NCBI GenBank assembly: GCA_032718475.1
Contig: JAUCBJ010003580.1
Coordinates: 24,027-88,026, forward strand
Direction: 5' to 3'
Source of the DNA: Nemertoderma westbladi
Taxonomy: Eukaryota; Animalia; Xenacoelomorpha
Length of the DNA: 64,000 nucleotides
In this document: piece after piece, positions 11,648-26,506 of the stretch
Layout of the letters: the number at the start of each line of letters is the position of its first letter
Position numbering within the stretch: position 1 is the stretch's first letter
Notes under the pieces: model-generated
Databases searched by the model: none
Seen by the model: the letters and a program-made list of their open reading frames with translations, nothing else
What the model was told of the DNA's origin: nothing
Translations under genes and position numbers: made by a program

Positions 11648-14600
11648 GTTAGTCTGGCTAAACCCAACTAAAAATAACTAAAGATATCGCAGGAATGGTT
11701 TGTCGTGCTAAACCCAACTAAAAATAACTAAAGATATCACAGGAATGGTTAGTCTGGCTAAACCCAACTAATTATAACTAAAAGATATCGCAGGAATGGT
11801 TAGTCTGGCTAAACCCAACTAAAAATATCTAAAAGATATCGCAGGAATAGTTAGTCTGGCTAAACCCAACTAAAAATAACTAAAGATATAGCAGAAATGG
11901 TTAGTCTGGCTAAACCCAACTAAAAATAACTAAAGATATCGCAGGAATGGTTAGTCTGGCTAAACCCAACTAAAAATAACTAAAAGATATCGCAGGAATG
12001 GTTAGTCTGGCTAAACCCAACTAAAAATATCTAAAAGATATCGCAGGAATAGTTAGTCTGGCTAAACCCAACTAAAAATAACTAAAAGATATCGCAGGAA
12101 TGGTTAGTCTGGCTAAACCCAACTAAAAATAACTAAAGATATCGTAGAAATGGTTTGTCTGGCTAAACCCAACTAAAAATAACTAAAGATATCGCAGGAA
12201 TGGTTAGTCTGGCTAAACCCAACTAAAAATAACTAAAAGATATCGCAGGAATGGTTAGTCTGGCTAAACCCAACTAAAAATAACTAAAAGATATCACAGG
12301 AATGGTTAGTCTGGCTAAACCCAACTAAAAATAACTAAAAGATATCGCTGGAATGGTTAGTCTGGCTAAACCCAACTAAAAATAACTAAAAGATATCACA
12401 GGAATGGTTAGTCTGGCTAAACCCAACTAAAAATAACTAAAAGATATCGCAGGAATGGTTAGTCTGGCTAAACCCAACTAAAAATAACTAAAAGAGATCG
12501 CAGGAATGGTTAGTCTGGCTAAACCCAACTAAAAATAACTAAAAGATATCGCAGGAATGGTTAGTCTGGCTAAACCCAACTAAAAATAACTAAAAGATAT
12601 CGCAGGAATGGTTAGTCTGGCTAAACCCAACTAAAAATAACTAAAAGAGATCGCAGGAATGGTTAGTCTGGCTAAACCCAACTAAAAATAACTAAAAGAT
12701 ATCGCAGGAATGGTTAGTCTGGCTAAACCCAACTAAAAATAACTAAAAGATATCGCAGGAATGGTTAGTCTGGCTAAACCCAACTAAAAATAACTAAAAG
12801 ATATCGCAGGAATGGTTAGTCTTGCTAAACCCAACTAAAAATAACTAAAGATATCGCAGGAATGGTTAGTCTTGCTAAACCCAACTAAAAATAACTAAAG
12901 ATATCGCAGGAATGGTTAGTCTGGCTAAACCCAACTAAAAATAACTAAAAGATATCGCAGGAATGGTTAGTCTGGCTAAACCCAACTAAAAATAACTAAA
13001 AGATATCGCAGGAATGGTTAGTCTGGCTAAACCCAACTAAAAATAACTAAAAGATATCGCAGGAATGGTTAGTCTGGCTAAACCCAACTAAAAATAACTA
13101 AAAGATATCGCAGGAATGGTTAGTCTGGCTAAACCCAACTAAAAATAACTAAAAGATATCGCAGGAATGGTTAGTCTGGCTAAACCCAACTAAAAATAAC
13201 TAAAAGATATCGCAGGAATGGTTAGTCTGGCTAAACCCAACTAAAAATAACTAAAAGATATCGCAGGAATGGTTAGTCTGGCTAAACCCAACTAAAAATA
13301 ACTAAAAGATATCGCAGGAATGGTTAGTCTGGCTAAACCCAACTAAAAATATCTAAAAGATATCGCAGGAATGGTTAGTCTGGCTAAACCCAACTAAAAA
13401 TAACTAAAAGATATCGCAGGAATGGTTAGTCTGGCTAAACCCAACTAAAAATAACTAAAGATATTGCAGGAATGGTTCGTCTGGCTAAACCCAATTAAAA
13501 ATAATTAAAGATATCGCAGGAATGGTTCGTCTGGCTAAACCCAATTAAAAATAATTAAAGATATCGCAGGAATGGTTAGTCTGGCTAAACCCAACTAAAA
13601 ATATCTAAAAGATATCGCAGGAATGTAGTCTGGCTAAACCCAACTAAAAATAACTAAAAGATATCGCAGGAATGGTTAGTCTGGCTAAACCCAACTAAAA
13701 ATAACTAAAGATATTGCAGGAATGGTTCGTCTGGCTAAACCCAATTAAAAATAATTAAAGATATCGCAGGAATGGTTAGTCTGGCTAAACCCAACTAAAA
13801 ATATCTAAAAGATATCGCAGGAATGGTTAGTCTGGCTAAACCCAACTAAAAATAACTAAAGATATTGCAGGAATGGTTCGTCTGGCTAAACCCAATTAAA
13901 AATAATTAAAGATATCGCAGGAATGGTTAGTCTGGCTAAACCCAACTAAAAATATCTAAAAGATATCGCAGGAATGGTTAGTCTGGCTAAACCCAACTAA
14001 AAATAACTAAAAGATATCGCAGGAATGGTTAGTCTGGCTAAACCCAACTAAAAATAACTAAAGATATTGCAGGAATGGTTCGTCTGGCTAAACCCAATTA
14101 AAAATAACTAAAAGATATCGCAGGAATGGTTCGTCTGGCTAAACCCAACTAAAAATAACTAAAAGAGATCGCAGGAATGGTTAGTCTGGCTAAACCCAAC
14201 TAAAAATAACTAAAAGATATCGCAGGAATGGTTAGTCTGGCTAAACCCAACTAAAAATAACTAAAAGATATCGCAGGAATGGTTAGTCTGGCTAAACCCA
14301 ACTAAAAATAACTAAAAGATATCACAGGAATGGTTAGTCTGGCTAAACCCAACTAAAAATAACTAAAAGATATCGCAGGAATGGTTAGTCTGGCTAAACC
14401 CAACTAAAAATAACTAAAAGATATCGCAGGAATGGTTAGTCTGGCTAAACCCAACTAAAAATAACTAAAAGATATCGCAGGAATGGTTAGTCTGGCTAAA
14501 CCCAACTAAAAATAACTAAAAGATATCGCAGGAATGGTTAGTCTGCCTAAACCCAACTAAAAATATCTAAAAGATATCGCAGGAATAGTTAGTCTGGCTA

Positions 14601-17600
14601 AACCCAACTAAAAATAACTAAAGATATAGCAGAAATGGTTAGTCTGGCTAAACCCAACTAAAAATAACTAAAGATATCGCAGGAATGGTTAGTCTGGCTA
14701 AACCCAACTAAAAATAACTAAAAGATATCGCAGGAATGGTTAGTCTGGCTAAACCCAACTAAAAATATCTAAAAGATATCGCAGGAATAGTTAGTCTGGC
14801 TAAACCCAACTAAAAATAACTAAAAGATATCGCAGGAATGGTTAGTCTGGCTAAACCCAACTAAAAATATCTAAAAGATGTCGCAGGAATAGTTAGTCTG
14901 GCTAAACCCAACTAAAAATAACTAAAAGATATCGCAGGAATGGTTAGTCTGGCTAAACCCAACTAAAAATAACTAAAGATATCGTAGAAATGGTTTGTCT
15001 GGCTAAACCCAACTATAAATAACTAAAGATATATCAGGAATGGTTAGACTGGCTAAACCCAACTAAAAATAACTAAAGATATCGCAGGAATGGTTTGTCG
15101 TGCTAAACCCAACTAAAAATAACTAAAGATATCACAGGAATGGTTAGTCTGGCTAAACCCAACTAAAAATAACTAAAAGATATCGCAGGAATGGTTAGTC
15201 TGGCTAAACCCAACTAAAAATATCTAAAAGATATCGCAGGAATAGTTAGTCTGGCTAAACCCAACTAAAAATAACTAAAAGATATCGCAGGAATGGTTAG
15301 TCTGGCTAAACCCAACTAAAAATAACTAAAAGATATCGCAGGAATGGTTAGTCTGGCTAAACCCAACTAAAAATAACTAAAAGATATCGCAGGAATGGTT
15401 AGTCTGGCTAAACCCAACTAAAAATATCTAAAAGATATCGCAGGAATGGTTAGTCTGGCTAAACCCAACTAAAAATAACTAAAAGATATCGCAGGAATGG
15501 TTAGTCTGGCTAAACCCAACTAAAAATAACTAAAAGATATCACAGGAATGGTTAGTCTGGCTAAACCCAACTAAAAATAACTAAAAGATATCGCTGGAAT
15601 GGTTAGTCTGGCTAAACCCAACTAAAAATAACTAAAAGATATCACAGGAATGGTTAGTCTGGCTAAACCCAACTAAAAATAACTAAAAGATATCGCAGGA
15701 ATGGTTAGTCTGGCTAAACCCAACTAAAAATAACTAAAAGATATCGCAGGAATGGTTAGTCTGGCTAAACCCAACTAAAAATAACTAAAAGATATCGCAG
15801 GAATGGTTAGTCTTGCTAAACCCAACTAAAAATAACTAAAGATATCGCAGGAATGGTTAGTCTTGCTAAACCCAACTAAAAATAACTAAAGATATCGCAG
15901 GAATGGTTAGTCTGGCTAAACCCAACTAAAAATAACTAAAAGATATCGCAGGAATGGTTAGTCTGGCTAAACCCAACTAAAAATAACTAAAAGATATCGC
16001 AGGAATGGTTAGTCTGGCTAAACCCAACTAAAAATAACTAAAAGATATCGCAGGAATGGTTAGTCTGGCTAAACCCAACTAAACATAACTAAAAGATATC
16101 GCAGGAATGGTTAGTCTGGCTAAACCCAACTAAAAATAACTAAAAGATATCGCAGGAATGGTTAGTCTGGCTAAACCCAACTAAAAATAACTAAAAGATA
16201 TCGCAGGAATGGTTAGTCTGGCTAAACCCAACTAAAAATAACTAAAAGATATCGCAGGAATGGTTAGTCTGGCTAAACCCAACTAAAAATATCTAAAAGA
16301 TATCGCAGGAATGGTTAGTCTGGCTAAACCCAACTAAAAATAACTAAAAGATATCGCAGGAATGGTTAGTCTGGCTAAACCCAACTAAAAATAACTAAAG
16401 ATATTGCAGGAATGGTTCGTCTGGCTAAACCCAATTAAAAATAATTAAAGATATCGCAGGAATGGTTCGTCTGGCTAAACCCAACTAAAAATAACTAAAG
16501 ATATTGCAGGAATGGTTCGTCTGGCTAAACCCAATTAAAAATAACTAAAAGATATCGCAGGAATGGTTCGTCTGGCTAAACCCAACTAAAAATAACTAAA
16601 AGAGATCGCAGGAATGGTTAGTCTGGCTAAACCCAACTAAAAATAACTAAAAGATATCGCAGGAATGGTTAGTCTGGCTAAACCCAACTAAAAATAACTA
16701 AAAGATATCGCAGGAATGGTTAGTCTGGCTAAACCCAACTAAAAATAACTAAAAGATATCGCAGGAATGGTTAGTCTTGCTAAACCCAACTAAAAATAAC
16801 TAAAGATATCGCAGGAATGGTTAGTCTTGCTAAACCCAACTAAAAATAACTAAAGATATCGCAGGAATGGTTAGTCTGGCTAAACCCAACTAAAAATAAC
16901 TAAAAGATATCGCAGGAATGGTTAGTCTGGCTAAACCCAACTAAAAATAACTAAAAGATATCGCAGGAATGGTTAGTCTGGCTAAACCCAACTAAAAATA
17001 ACTAAAAGATATCGCAGGAATGGTTAGTCTGGCTAAACCCAACTAAAAATAACTAAAGATATTGCAGGAATGGTTCGTCTGGCTAAACCCAATTAAAAAT
17101 AATTAAAGATATCGCAGGAATGGTTCGTCTGGCTAAACCCAACTAAAAATAACTAAAGATATTGCAGGAATGGTTCGTCTGGCTAAACCCAATTAAAAAT
17201 AACTAAAAGATATCGCAGGAATGGTTAGTCTGGCTAAACCCAACTAAAAATATCTAAAAGATGTCGCAGGAATAGTTAGTCTGGCTAAACCCAACTAAAA
17301 ATAACTAAAAGATATCGCAGGAATGGTTAGTCTGGCTAAACCCAACTAAAAATAACTAAAGATATCGTAGAAATGGTTTGTCTGGCTAAACCCAACTATA
17401 AATAACTAAAGATATATCAGGAATGGTTAGACTGGCTAAACCCAACTAAAAATAACTAAAGATATCGCAGGAATGGTTTGTCGTGCTAAACCCAACTAAA
17501 AATAACTAAAGATATCACAGGAATGGTTAGTCTGGCTAAACCCAACTAAAAATAACTAAAAGATATCGCAGGAATGGTTAGTCTGGCTAAACCCAACTAA

Positions 17601-20600
17601 AAATATCTAAAAGATATCGCAGGAATAGTTAGTCTGGCTAAACCCAACTAAAAATAACTAAAAGATATCGCAGGAATGGTTAGTCTGGCTAAACCCAACT
17701 AAAAATAACTAAAAGATATCGCAGGAATGGTTAGTCTGGCTAAACCCAACTAAAAATAACTAAAAGATATCGCAGGAATGGTTAGTCTGGCTAAACCCAA
17801 CTAAAAATATCTAAAAGATATCGCAGGAATGGTTAGTCTGGCTAAACCCAACTAAAAATAACTAAAAGATATCGCAGGAATGGTTAGTCTGGCTAAACCC
17901 AACTAAAAATAACTAAAAGATATCACAGGAATGGTTAGTCTGGCTAAACCCAACTAAAAATAACTAAAAGATATCGCTGGAATGGTTAGTCTGGCTAAAC
18001 CCAACTAAAAATAACTAAAAGATATCACAGGAATGGTTAGTCTGGCTAAACCCAACTAAAAATAACTAAAAGATATCGCAGGAATGGTTAGTCTGGCTAA
18101 ACCCAACTAAAAATAACTAAAAGATATCGCAGGAATGGTTAGTCTGGCTAAACCCAACTAAAAATAACTAAAAGATATCGCAGGAATGGTTAGTCTTGCT
18201 AAACCCAACTAAAAATAACTAAAGATATCGCAGGAATGGTTAGTCTTGCTAAACCCAACTAAAAATAACTAAAGATATCGCAGGAATGGTTAGTCTGGCT
18301 AAACCCAACTAAAAATAACTAAAAGATATCGCAGGAATGGTTAGTCTGGCTAAACCCAACTAAAAATAACTAAAAGATATCGCAGGAATGGTTAGTCTGG
18401 CTAAACCCAACTAAAAATAACTAAAAGATATCGCAGGAATGGTTAGTCTGGCTAAACCCAACTAAACATAACTAAAAGATATCGCAGGAATGGTTAGTCT
18501 GGCTAAACCCAACTAAAAATAACTAAAAGATATCGCAGGAATGGTTAGTCTGGCTAAACCCAACTAAAAATAACTAAAAGATATCGCAGGAATGGTTAGT
18601 CTGGCTAAACCCAACTAAAAATAACTAAAAGATATCGCAGGAATGGTTAGTCTGGCTAAACCCAACTAAAAATATCTAAAAGATATCGCAGGAATGGTTA
18701 GTCTGGCTAAACCCAACTAAAAATAACTAAAAGATATCGCAGGAATGGTTAGTCTGGCTAAACCCAACTAAAAATAACTAAAGATATTGCAGGAATGGTT
18801 CGTCTGGCTAAACCCAATTAAAAATAATTAAAGATATCGCAGGAATGGTTCGTCTGGCTAAACCCAACTAAAAATAACTAAAGATATTGCAGGAATGGTT
18901 CGTCTGGCTAAACCCAATTAAAAATAACTAAAAGATATCGCAGGAATGGTTCGTCTGGCTAAACCCAACTAAAAATAACTAAAAGAGATCGCAGGAATGG
19001 TTAGTCTGGCTAAACCCAACTAAAAATAACTAAAAGATATCGCAGGAATGGTTAGTCTGGCTAAACCCAACTAAAAATAACTAAAAGATATCGCAGGAAT
19101 GGTTAGTCTGGCTAAACCCAACTAAAAATAACTAAAAGATATCGCAGGAATGGTTAGTCTTGCTAAACCCAACTAAAAATAACTAAAGATATCGCAGGAA
19201 TGGTTAGTCTTGCTAAACCCAACTAAAAATAACTAAAGATATCGCAGGAATGGTTAGTCTGGCTAAACCCAACTAAAAATAACTAAAAGATATCGCAGGA
19301 ATGGTTAGTCTGGCTAAACCCAACTAAAAATAACTAAAAGATATCGCAGGAATGGTTAGTCTGGCTAAACCCAACTAAAAATAACTAAAAGATATCGCAG
19401 GAATGGTTAGTCTGGCTAAACCCAACTAAAAATAACTAAAGATATTGCAGGAATGGTTCGTCTGGCTAAACCCAATTAAAAATAATTAAAGATATCGCAG
19501 GAATGGTTCGTCTGGCTAAACCCAACTAAAAATAACTAAAGATATTGCAGGAATGGTTCGTCTGGCTAAACCCAATTAAAAATAACTAAAAGATATCGCA
19601 GGAATGGTTCGTCTGGCTAAACCCAACTAAAAATAACTAAAAGAGATCGCAGGAATGGTTAGTCTGGCTAAACCCAACTAAAAATAACTAAAAGATATCG
19701 CAGGAATGGTTAGTCTGGCTAAACCCAACTAAAAATAACTAAAAGATATCGCAGGAATGGTTAGTCTGGCTAAACCCAACTAAAAATATCTAAAAGATAT
19801 CGCAGGAATAGTTAGTCTGGCTAAACCCAACTAAAAATAACTAAAAGATATCGCAGGAATGGTTAGTCTGGCTAAACCCAACTAAAAATATCTAAAAGAT
19901 GTCGCAGGAATAGTTAGTCTGGCTAAACCCAACTAAAAATAACTAAAAGATATCGCAGGAATGGTTAGTCTGGCTAAACCCAACTAAAAATAACTAAAGA
20001 TATCGTAGAAATGGTTTGTCTGGCTAAACCCAACTAAAAATAACTAAAGATATAGCAGGAATGGTTAGACTGGCTAAACCCAACTAAAAATAACTAAAGA
20101 TATCGCAGGAATGGTTTGTCGTGCTAAACCCAACTAAAAATAACTAAAGATATCACAGGAATGGTTAGTCTGGCTAAACCCAACTAAAAATAACTAAAAG
20201 ATATCGCAGGAATGGTTAGTCTGGCTAAACCCAACTAAAAATATCTAAAAGATATCGCAGGAATAGTTAGTCTGGCTAAACCCAACTAAAAATAACTAAA
20301 AGATATCGCAGGAATGGTTACTACTACTAGGATCGGCATGCTGCATTGCAGCTGCATTTTTAAGAATGCTGTGCCGGCTTGTCAACAAAATTGCACCGCC
20401 ACAACTCCCTATCACCCATGACATTTGCTAGATCATCCGCATCTTTAAGACCAGTGTCCTTTAAGATGCGTCTCAAGAAAGTCATGGGCTGTCCACCATG
20501 CTTATTCACTCCATGAGGCTGCCAAAGTACAAGATTATGCACTGGCTGGTCCTCACGGCGAAAGCAATGTCCTGCAAAGCGGAGGCGATTTTGTTCTAGT

Positions 20601-23600
20601 GTCAAGCTTGGGGGAACCAATGAGACACCTCCAACGTTATATAGTGTCTGGTTGGAGATGTGTGCATTGTACTTGACACAATGAACCCGGCGTAGCATTC
20701 TTGTGAATGTGCCATCCAGAGATTTGGTGTCCTCAGCAGTTAGAGCCCAGCATGGACTCCCGTAGAGGAGTACTGGAACTACTGCTGCTCTAAATAATCG
20801 GACCTTAAGTTTCCGATTAATTCTCGGTGACTTCCAAATCCTGGAAAGCCTATTCAAGGCTGCCCATGCCTTTCCCTTACGTATTCGAAGGTCCTCACCT
20901 GACTTCCGGATCCATGATCCCAGGTAACAGAAGTCGTCGACATGCTCAAGCATACCATCCTTTGAGCTTATGCTCATCCGATCAGAGACTTGCTGAGGAC
21001 TTTCAAAGTTAACTGTCAGAATTTTGGTCTTTCTGGAGTTAATAAAAAGACCAACACTAGAAGCAGCATGTTCTAATGAGCTGAGGAGCCGTTGGGCTCC
21101 CTCTAATGATTCTGAGAGTACTCCTAAGTCATCAGCAAAGTCTAGATCAGTTAGGTACTTGGCAGGATTTCCTCGACTTCTGGAGCCAGTAGGTGGAGTT
21201 ATCATCACCCCATCATCATTATGATGATCTAAGGACATGCGTAGAACATAGTCAACCACAATAATGAATAAGAATGGTGCAAGTGTGTCTCCTTGGAGGA
21301 CGCCCCATAACACTTCGAATGGTTCTGTGTCACCGTCAACAGTAGACACAAATGTTGTCGAACCATCGTATACTGATCTGATTGCTGCAATAATTTCATC
21401 AGGAATCCCATATAATGAAAGTATGCTGAACATACGTGAGCGAGAGACTGAATCAAAGGCCTTGAAGAAGTCAACAAAGATAACAGCCAGATGCCTGTCT
21501 TTCTTTTTTGATAACTCTTCAATTATCCTTCTAAGTGCCAAAATGGGCTCCATGGTCCCACGACCTTTACGGAACCCATTCTGATTTCCACGGAGCAGTC
21601 TCTCAATGGGATCCCTGATGCGATTTAATAGAATCCTATTGTATAGCTTTGCAGCAATCGAGATCAATGAGATTCCCCGAAAAGAACCATAGAGTGTTAG
21701 GTTGCCCTTCTTGGGAACTGGCACCAACTTATTTGTTTTCATTTCTTGTGGGACTCTTGTTGTACGGTACATGTCTACTATGATGGGATAGATGAGCTTT
21801 AAACACTCAGGTATTTTAAAGACCTCAGGGGGAACACCATCTACTCCACTGGCACGATTGGTCTTAATGCTCTTTGCAGCAGCCTTCACTTCTGCAAAGG
21901 AGATATCGCCAATGGGAATATCTGGGAGTACAGACTCAGACACCTTTACTTCTATAAAGTTATCAGGCAATACCCTGTCATTATTGAGGAGTTTTTCAAA
22001 GTGGGCTTTCCAACCATTGAGGCGATCGGCTGGTGATTCTGCCTTAACCTTGGTGGTTGGTTGGCTTTTCCGCCCAGTAAGCAGATTGATCGATTTCCAT
22101 GCCTGGGATGATTGCCTGCTGTCGTCAGCATCATTGATGGCATCAACCTGTTGGTTTATTAGCTCCTGTAGATTAACAGAGTACTGCCTGTTCAGGGACC
22201 TAGATGCAGCCTTAACTGCATTCTTGGCCGCTGTAGTCTGTTTGAGTCGGGACTCTTTCTGCGCCTTATGAAGGTCATTTCGGCGCTTTTGAATTTTGTT
22301 GTCAGTCCAGGGGGCCCTTTTCCTGTTTCGAGGGTATACAGGAACTGTTTCTGCAGCTGCTAACTTAACTGCTTCTGTAAAGGCAGTATAGCCCTCACAG
22401 TGATCTGCCGCCTCAGAGGCAAGAGCCTCATACCTGTTGCTCAGCTGTAGTGTGAAGCTGGATCTCACACTTGGCTGTTGCAACAGAGAGGACCAGTCAT
22501 GCCGCGGCAAGGCAGATTTCGTTGTTCTGCTAGCACGCAGACTAAGTCTTACCTTGGCCAGGAATGGTTAGTCTGGCTAAACCCAACTAAAAATAACTAA
22601 AAGATATCGCAGGAATGGTTAGTCTGGCTAAACCCAACTAAAAATAACTAAAAGATATCGCAGGAATGGTTAGTCTGGCTAAACCCAACTAAAAATATCT
22701 AAAAGATATCGCAGGAATGGTTAGTCTGGCTAAACCCAACTAAAAATAACTAAAAGATATCGCAGGAATGGTTAGTCTGGCTAAACCCAACTAAAAATAA
22801 CTAAAAGATATCACAGGAATGGTTAGTCTGGCTAAACCCAACTAAAAATAACTAAAAGATATCGCTGGAATGGTTAGTCTGGCTAAACCCAACTAAAAAT
22901 AACTAAAAGATATCACAGGAATGGTTAGTCTGGCTAAACCCAACTAAAAATAACTAAAAGATATCGCAGGAATGGTTAGTCTGGCTAAACCCAACTAAAA
23001 ATAACTAAAAGAGATCGCAGGAATGGTTAGTCTGGCTAAACCCAACTAAAAATAACTAAAAGATATCGCAGGAATGGTTAGTCTGGCTAAACCCAACTAA
23101 AAATAACTAAAAGATATCGCAGGAATGGTTAGTCTTGCTAAACCCAACTAAAAATAACTAAAGATATCGCAGGAATGGTTAGTCTTGCTAAACCCAACTA
23201 AAAATAACTAAAAGATATCGCAGGAATGGTTAGTCTTGCTAAACCCAACTAAAAATAACTAAAGATATCGCAGGAATGGTTAGTCTGGCTAAACCCAACT
23301 AAAAATAACTAAAAGATATCGCAGGAATGGTTAGTCTGGCTAAACCCAACTAAAAATAACTAAAAGATATCGCAGGAATGGTTAGTCTGGCTAAACCCAA
23401 CTAAAAATATCTAAAAGATATCGCAGGAATGGTTAGTCTGGCTAAACCCAACTAAAAATAACTAAAAGATATCGCAGGAATGGTTAGTCTGGCTAAACCC
23501 AACTAAAAATAACTAAAGATATTGCAGGAATGGTTCGTCTGGCTAAACCCAATAAAAAATAATTAAAGATATCGCAGGAATGGTTCGTCTGGCTAAACCC

Positions 23601-26506
23601 AACTAAAAATAATTAAAGATATCGCAGGAATGGTTCGTCTGGCTAAACCCAATTAAAAATAACTAAAAGATATCGCAGGAATGGTTCGTCTGGCTAAACC
23701 CAACTAAAAATAACTAAAAGAGATCGCAGGAATGGTTAGTCTGGCTAAACCCAACTAAAAATAACTAAAAGATATCGCAGGAATGGTTAGTCTGGCTAAA
23801 CCCAACTAAAAATAACTAAAAGATATCGCAGGAATGGTTAGTCTGGCTAAACCCAACTAAAAATAACTAAAAGATATCGCAGGAATGGTTAGTCTTGCTA
23901 AACCCAACTAAAAATAACTAAAGATATCGCAGGAATGGTTAGTCTTGCTAAACCCAACTAAAAATAACTAAAGATATCGCAGGAATGGTTAGTCTGGCTA
24001 AACCCAACTAAAAATAACTAAAAGATATCGCAGGAATGGTTAGTCTGGCTAAACCCAACTAAAAATAACTAAAAGATATCGCAGGAATGGTTAGTCTGGC
24101 TAAACCCAACTAAAAATAACTAAAAGATATCGCAGGAATGGTTAGTCTGGCTAAACCCAACTAAAAATAACTAAAGATATTGCAGGAATGGTTCGTCTGG
24201 CTAAACCCAATTAAAAATAATTAAAGATATCGCAGGAATGGTTCGTCTGGCTAAACCCAACTAAAAATAACTAAAGATATTGCAGGAATGGTTCGTCTGG
24301 CTAAACCCAATTAAAAATAACTAAAAGATATCGCAGGAATGGTTCGTCTGGCTAAACCCAACTAAAAATAACTAAAAGAGATCGCAGGAATGGTTAGTCT
24401 GGCTAAACCCAACTAAAAATAACTAAAAGATATCGCAGGAATGGTTAGTCTGGCTAAACCCAACTAAAAATAACTAAAAGATATCGCAGGAATGGTTAGT
24501 CTGGCTAAACCCAACTAAAAATAACTAAAAGATATCGCAGGAATGGTTAGTCTTGCTAAACCCAACTAAAAATAACTAAAGATATCGCAGGAATGGTTAG
24601 TCTTGCTAAACCCAACTAAAAATAACTAAAGATATCGCAGGAATGGTTAGTCTGGCTAAACCCAACTAAAAATAACTAAAAGATATCGCAGGAATGGTTA
24701 GTCTGGCTAAACCCAACTAAAAATAACTAAAAGATATCGCAGGAATGGTTAGTCTGGCTAAACCCAACTAAAAATAACTAAAAGATATCGCAGGAATGGT
24801 TAGTCTGGCTAAACCCAACTAAAAATAACTAAAAGATATCGCAGGAATGGTTAGTCTGGCTAAACCCAACTAAAAATAACTAAAGATATCGCAGGAATGG
24901 TTAGTCTGGCTAAACCCAACTAAAAATAACTAAAGATATCGCAGGAATGGTTAGTCTGGCTAAACCCAACTAAAAATAACTAAAAGATATCGCAGGAATG
25001 GTTAGTCTGGCTAAACCCAACTAAAAATAACTAAAAGATATCGCAGGAATGGTTAGTCTGGCTAAACCCAACTAAAAATAACTAAAGATATCGCAGGAAT
25101 GGTTCGTCTGGCTAAACCCCATTAAAAATAACTAAAAGATATCGCAGGAATGGTTCGTCTGGCTAAACCCAACTAAAAATAACTAAACGATATCGCAGGA
25201 ATGGTTAGTCTGGCTAAACCCAACTAAAAATAACTAAACGATATCGCAGGAATGGTTAGTCTGGCTAAACCCAACTAAAAATAACTAAAGATATTGCAGG
25301 AATGGTTAGTCTGGCTAAACCCAATTAAAAATAATTAAAGATATCGCAGGAATGGTTCGTCTGGCTAAACCCAACTAAAAATAACTAAACGATATCGCTG
25401 GAATGGTTAGTCTGGCTAAACCCAACTAAAAATAACTAAACGATATCGCAGGAATGGTTAGTCTGGCTAAACCCAACTAAAAATAACTAAAGATATTGCA
25501 GGAATGGTTCGTCTGGCTAAACCCAATTAAAAATAATTAAAGATATCGCAGGAATGGTTCGTCTGGCTAAACCCAACTAAAAATAACTAAAGATATTGCA
25601 GGAATGGTTCGTCTGGCTAAACCCAATTAAAAATAACTAAAAGATATCGCAGGAATGGTTCGTCTGGCTAAACCCAACTAAAAATAACTAAAAGATATTG
25701 CAGGAATGGTTCGTCTGGCTAAACCCAATTAAAAATAACTAAAAGATATCGCAGGAATGGTTAGTCTGGCTAAACCCAACTAAAAATAACTAAAGATATC
25801 GCAGGAATGGTTCGTCTGGCTAAACCCCATTAAAAATAACTAAAAGATATCGCAGGAATGGTTCGTCTGGCTAAACCCAACTAAAAATAACTAAACGATA
25901 TCGCAGGAATGGTTAGTCTGGCTAAACCCAACTAAAAATAACTAAACGATATCGCAGGAATGGTTAGTCTGGCTAAACCCAACTAAAAATAACTAAAGAT
26001 ATTGCAGGAATGGTTAGTCTGGCTAAACCCAATTAAAAATAATTAAAGATATCGCAGGAATGGTTCGTCTGGCTAAACCCAACTAAAAATAACTAAACGA
26101 TATCGCTGGAATGGTTAGTCTGGCTAAACCCAACTAAAAATAACTAAACGATATCGCAGGAATGGTTAGTCTGGCTAAACCCAACTAAAAATAACTAAAG
26201 ATATTGCAGGAATGGTTCGTCTGGCTAAACCCAATTAAAAATAATTAAAGATATCGCAGGAATGGTTCGTCTGGCTAAACCCAACTAAAAATAACTAAAG
26301 ATATTGCAGGAATGGTTCGTCTGGCTAAACCCAATTAAAAATAACTAAAAGATATCGCAGGAATGGTTCGTCTGGCTAAACCCAACTAAAAATAACTAAA
26401 AGATATTGCAGGAATGGTTCGTCTGGCTAAACCCAATTAAAAATAACTAAAAGATATCGCAGGAATGGTTCGTCTGGCTAAACCCAACTAAAAATAACTA
26501 AAGATA
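11630..26506 (+). repeat. 50-51 bp satellite, ~250 copies; the unit spans the exon end and the 5' splice donor
   Basis: Unit aaagatatcgcaggaatg|gttagtctggctaaacccaactaaaaataact(a). Arrays run 11630-20320 and 22559-26506. Confidence 0.97.
20321..22558 (-). mobile_element. 5'-truncated RTE-like LINE with uninterrupted RT ORF (20360-22510) and (TAG)n tail
   Basis: RT motifs PKKGNL, QNGFR, DFFKAFDS, GVLQGDTLAPFLF, DFADD and YLGS. The tail reads ctactacta on the + strand. The 12 bp TSD caggaatggtta lies at 20309-20320 and 22559-22570. Confidence 0.95.

Noticed and set aside
11630-26506. Canonical recursive splice sites in the 51-mer
   Set aside because: The unit has CAG-GAATG-GT rather than AG|GT and lacks a polypyrimidine tract, so no credible 3' splice site can be supported from sequence alone.
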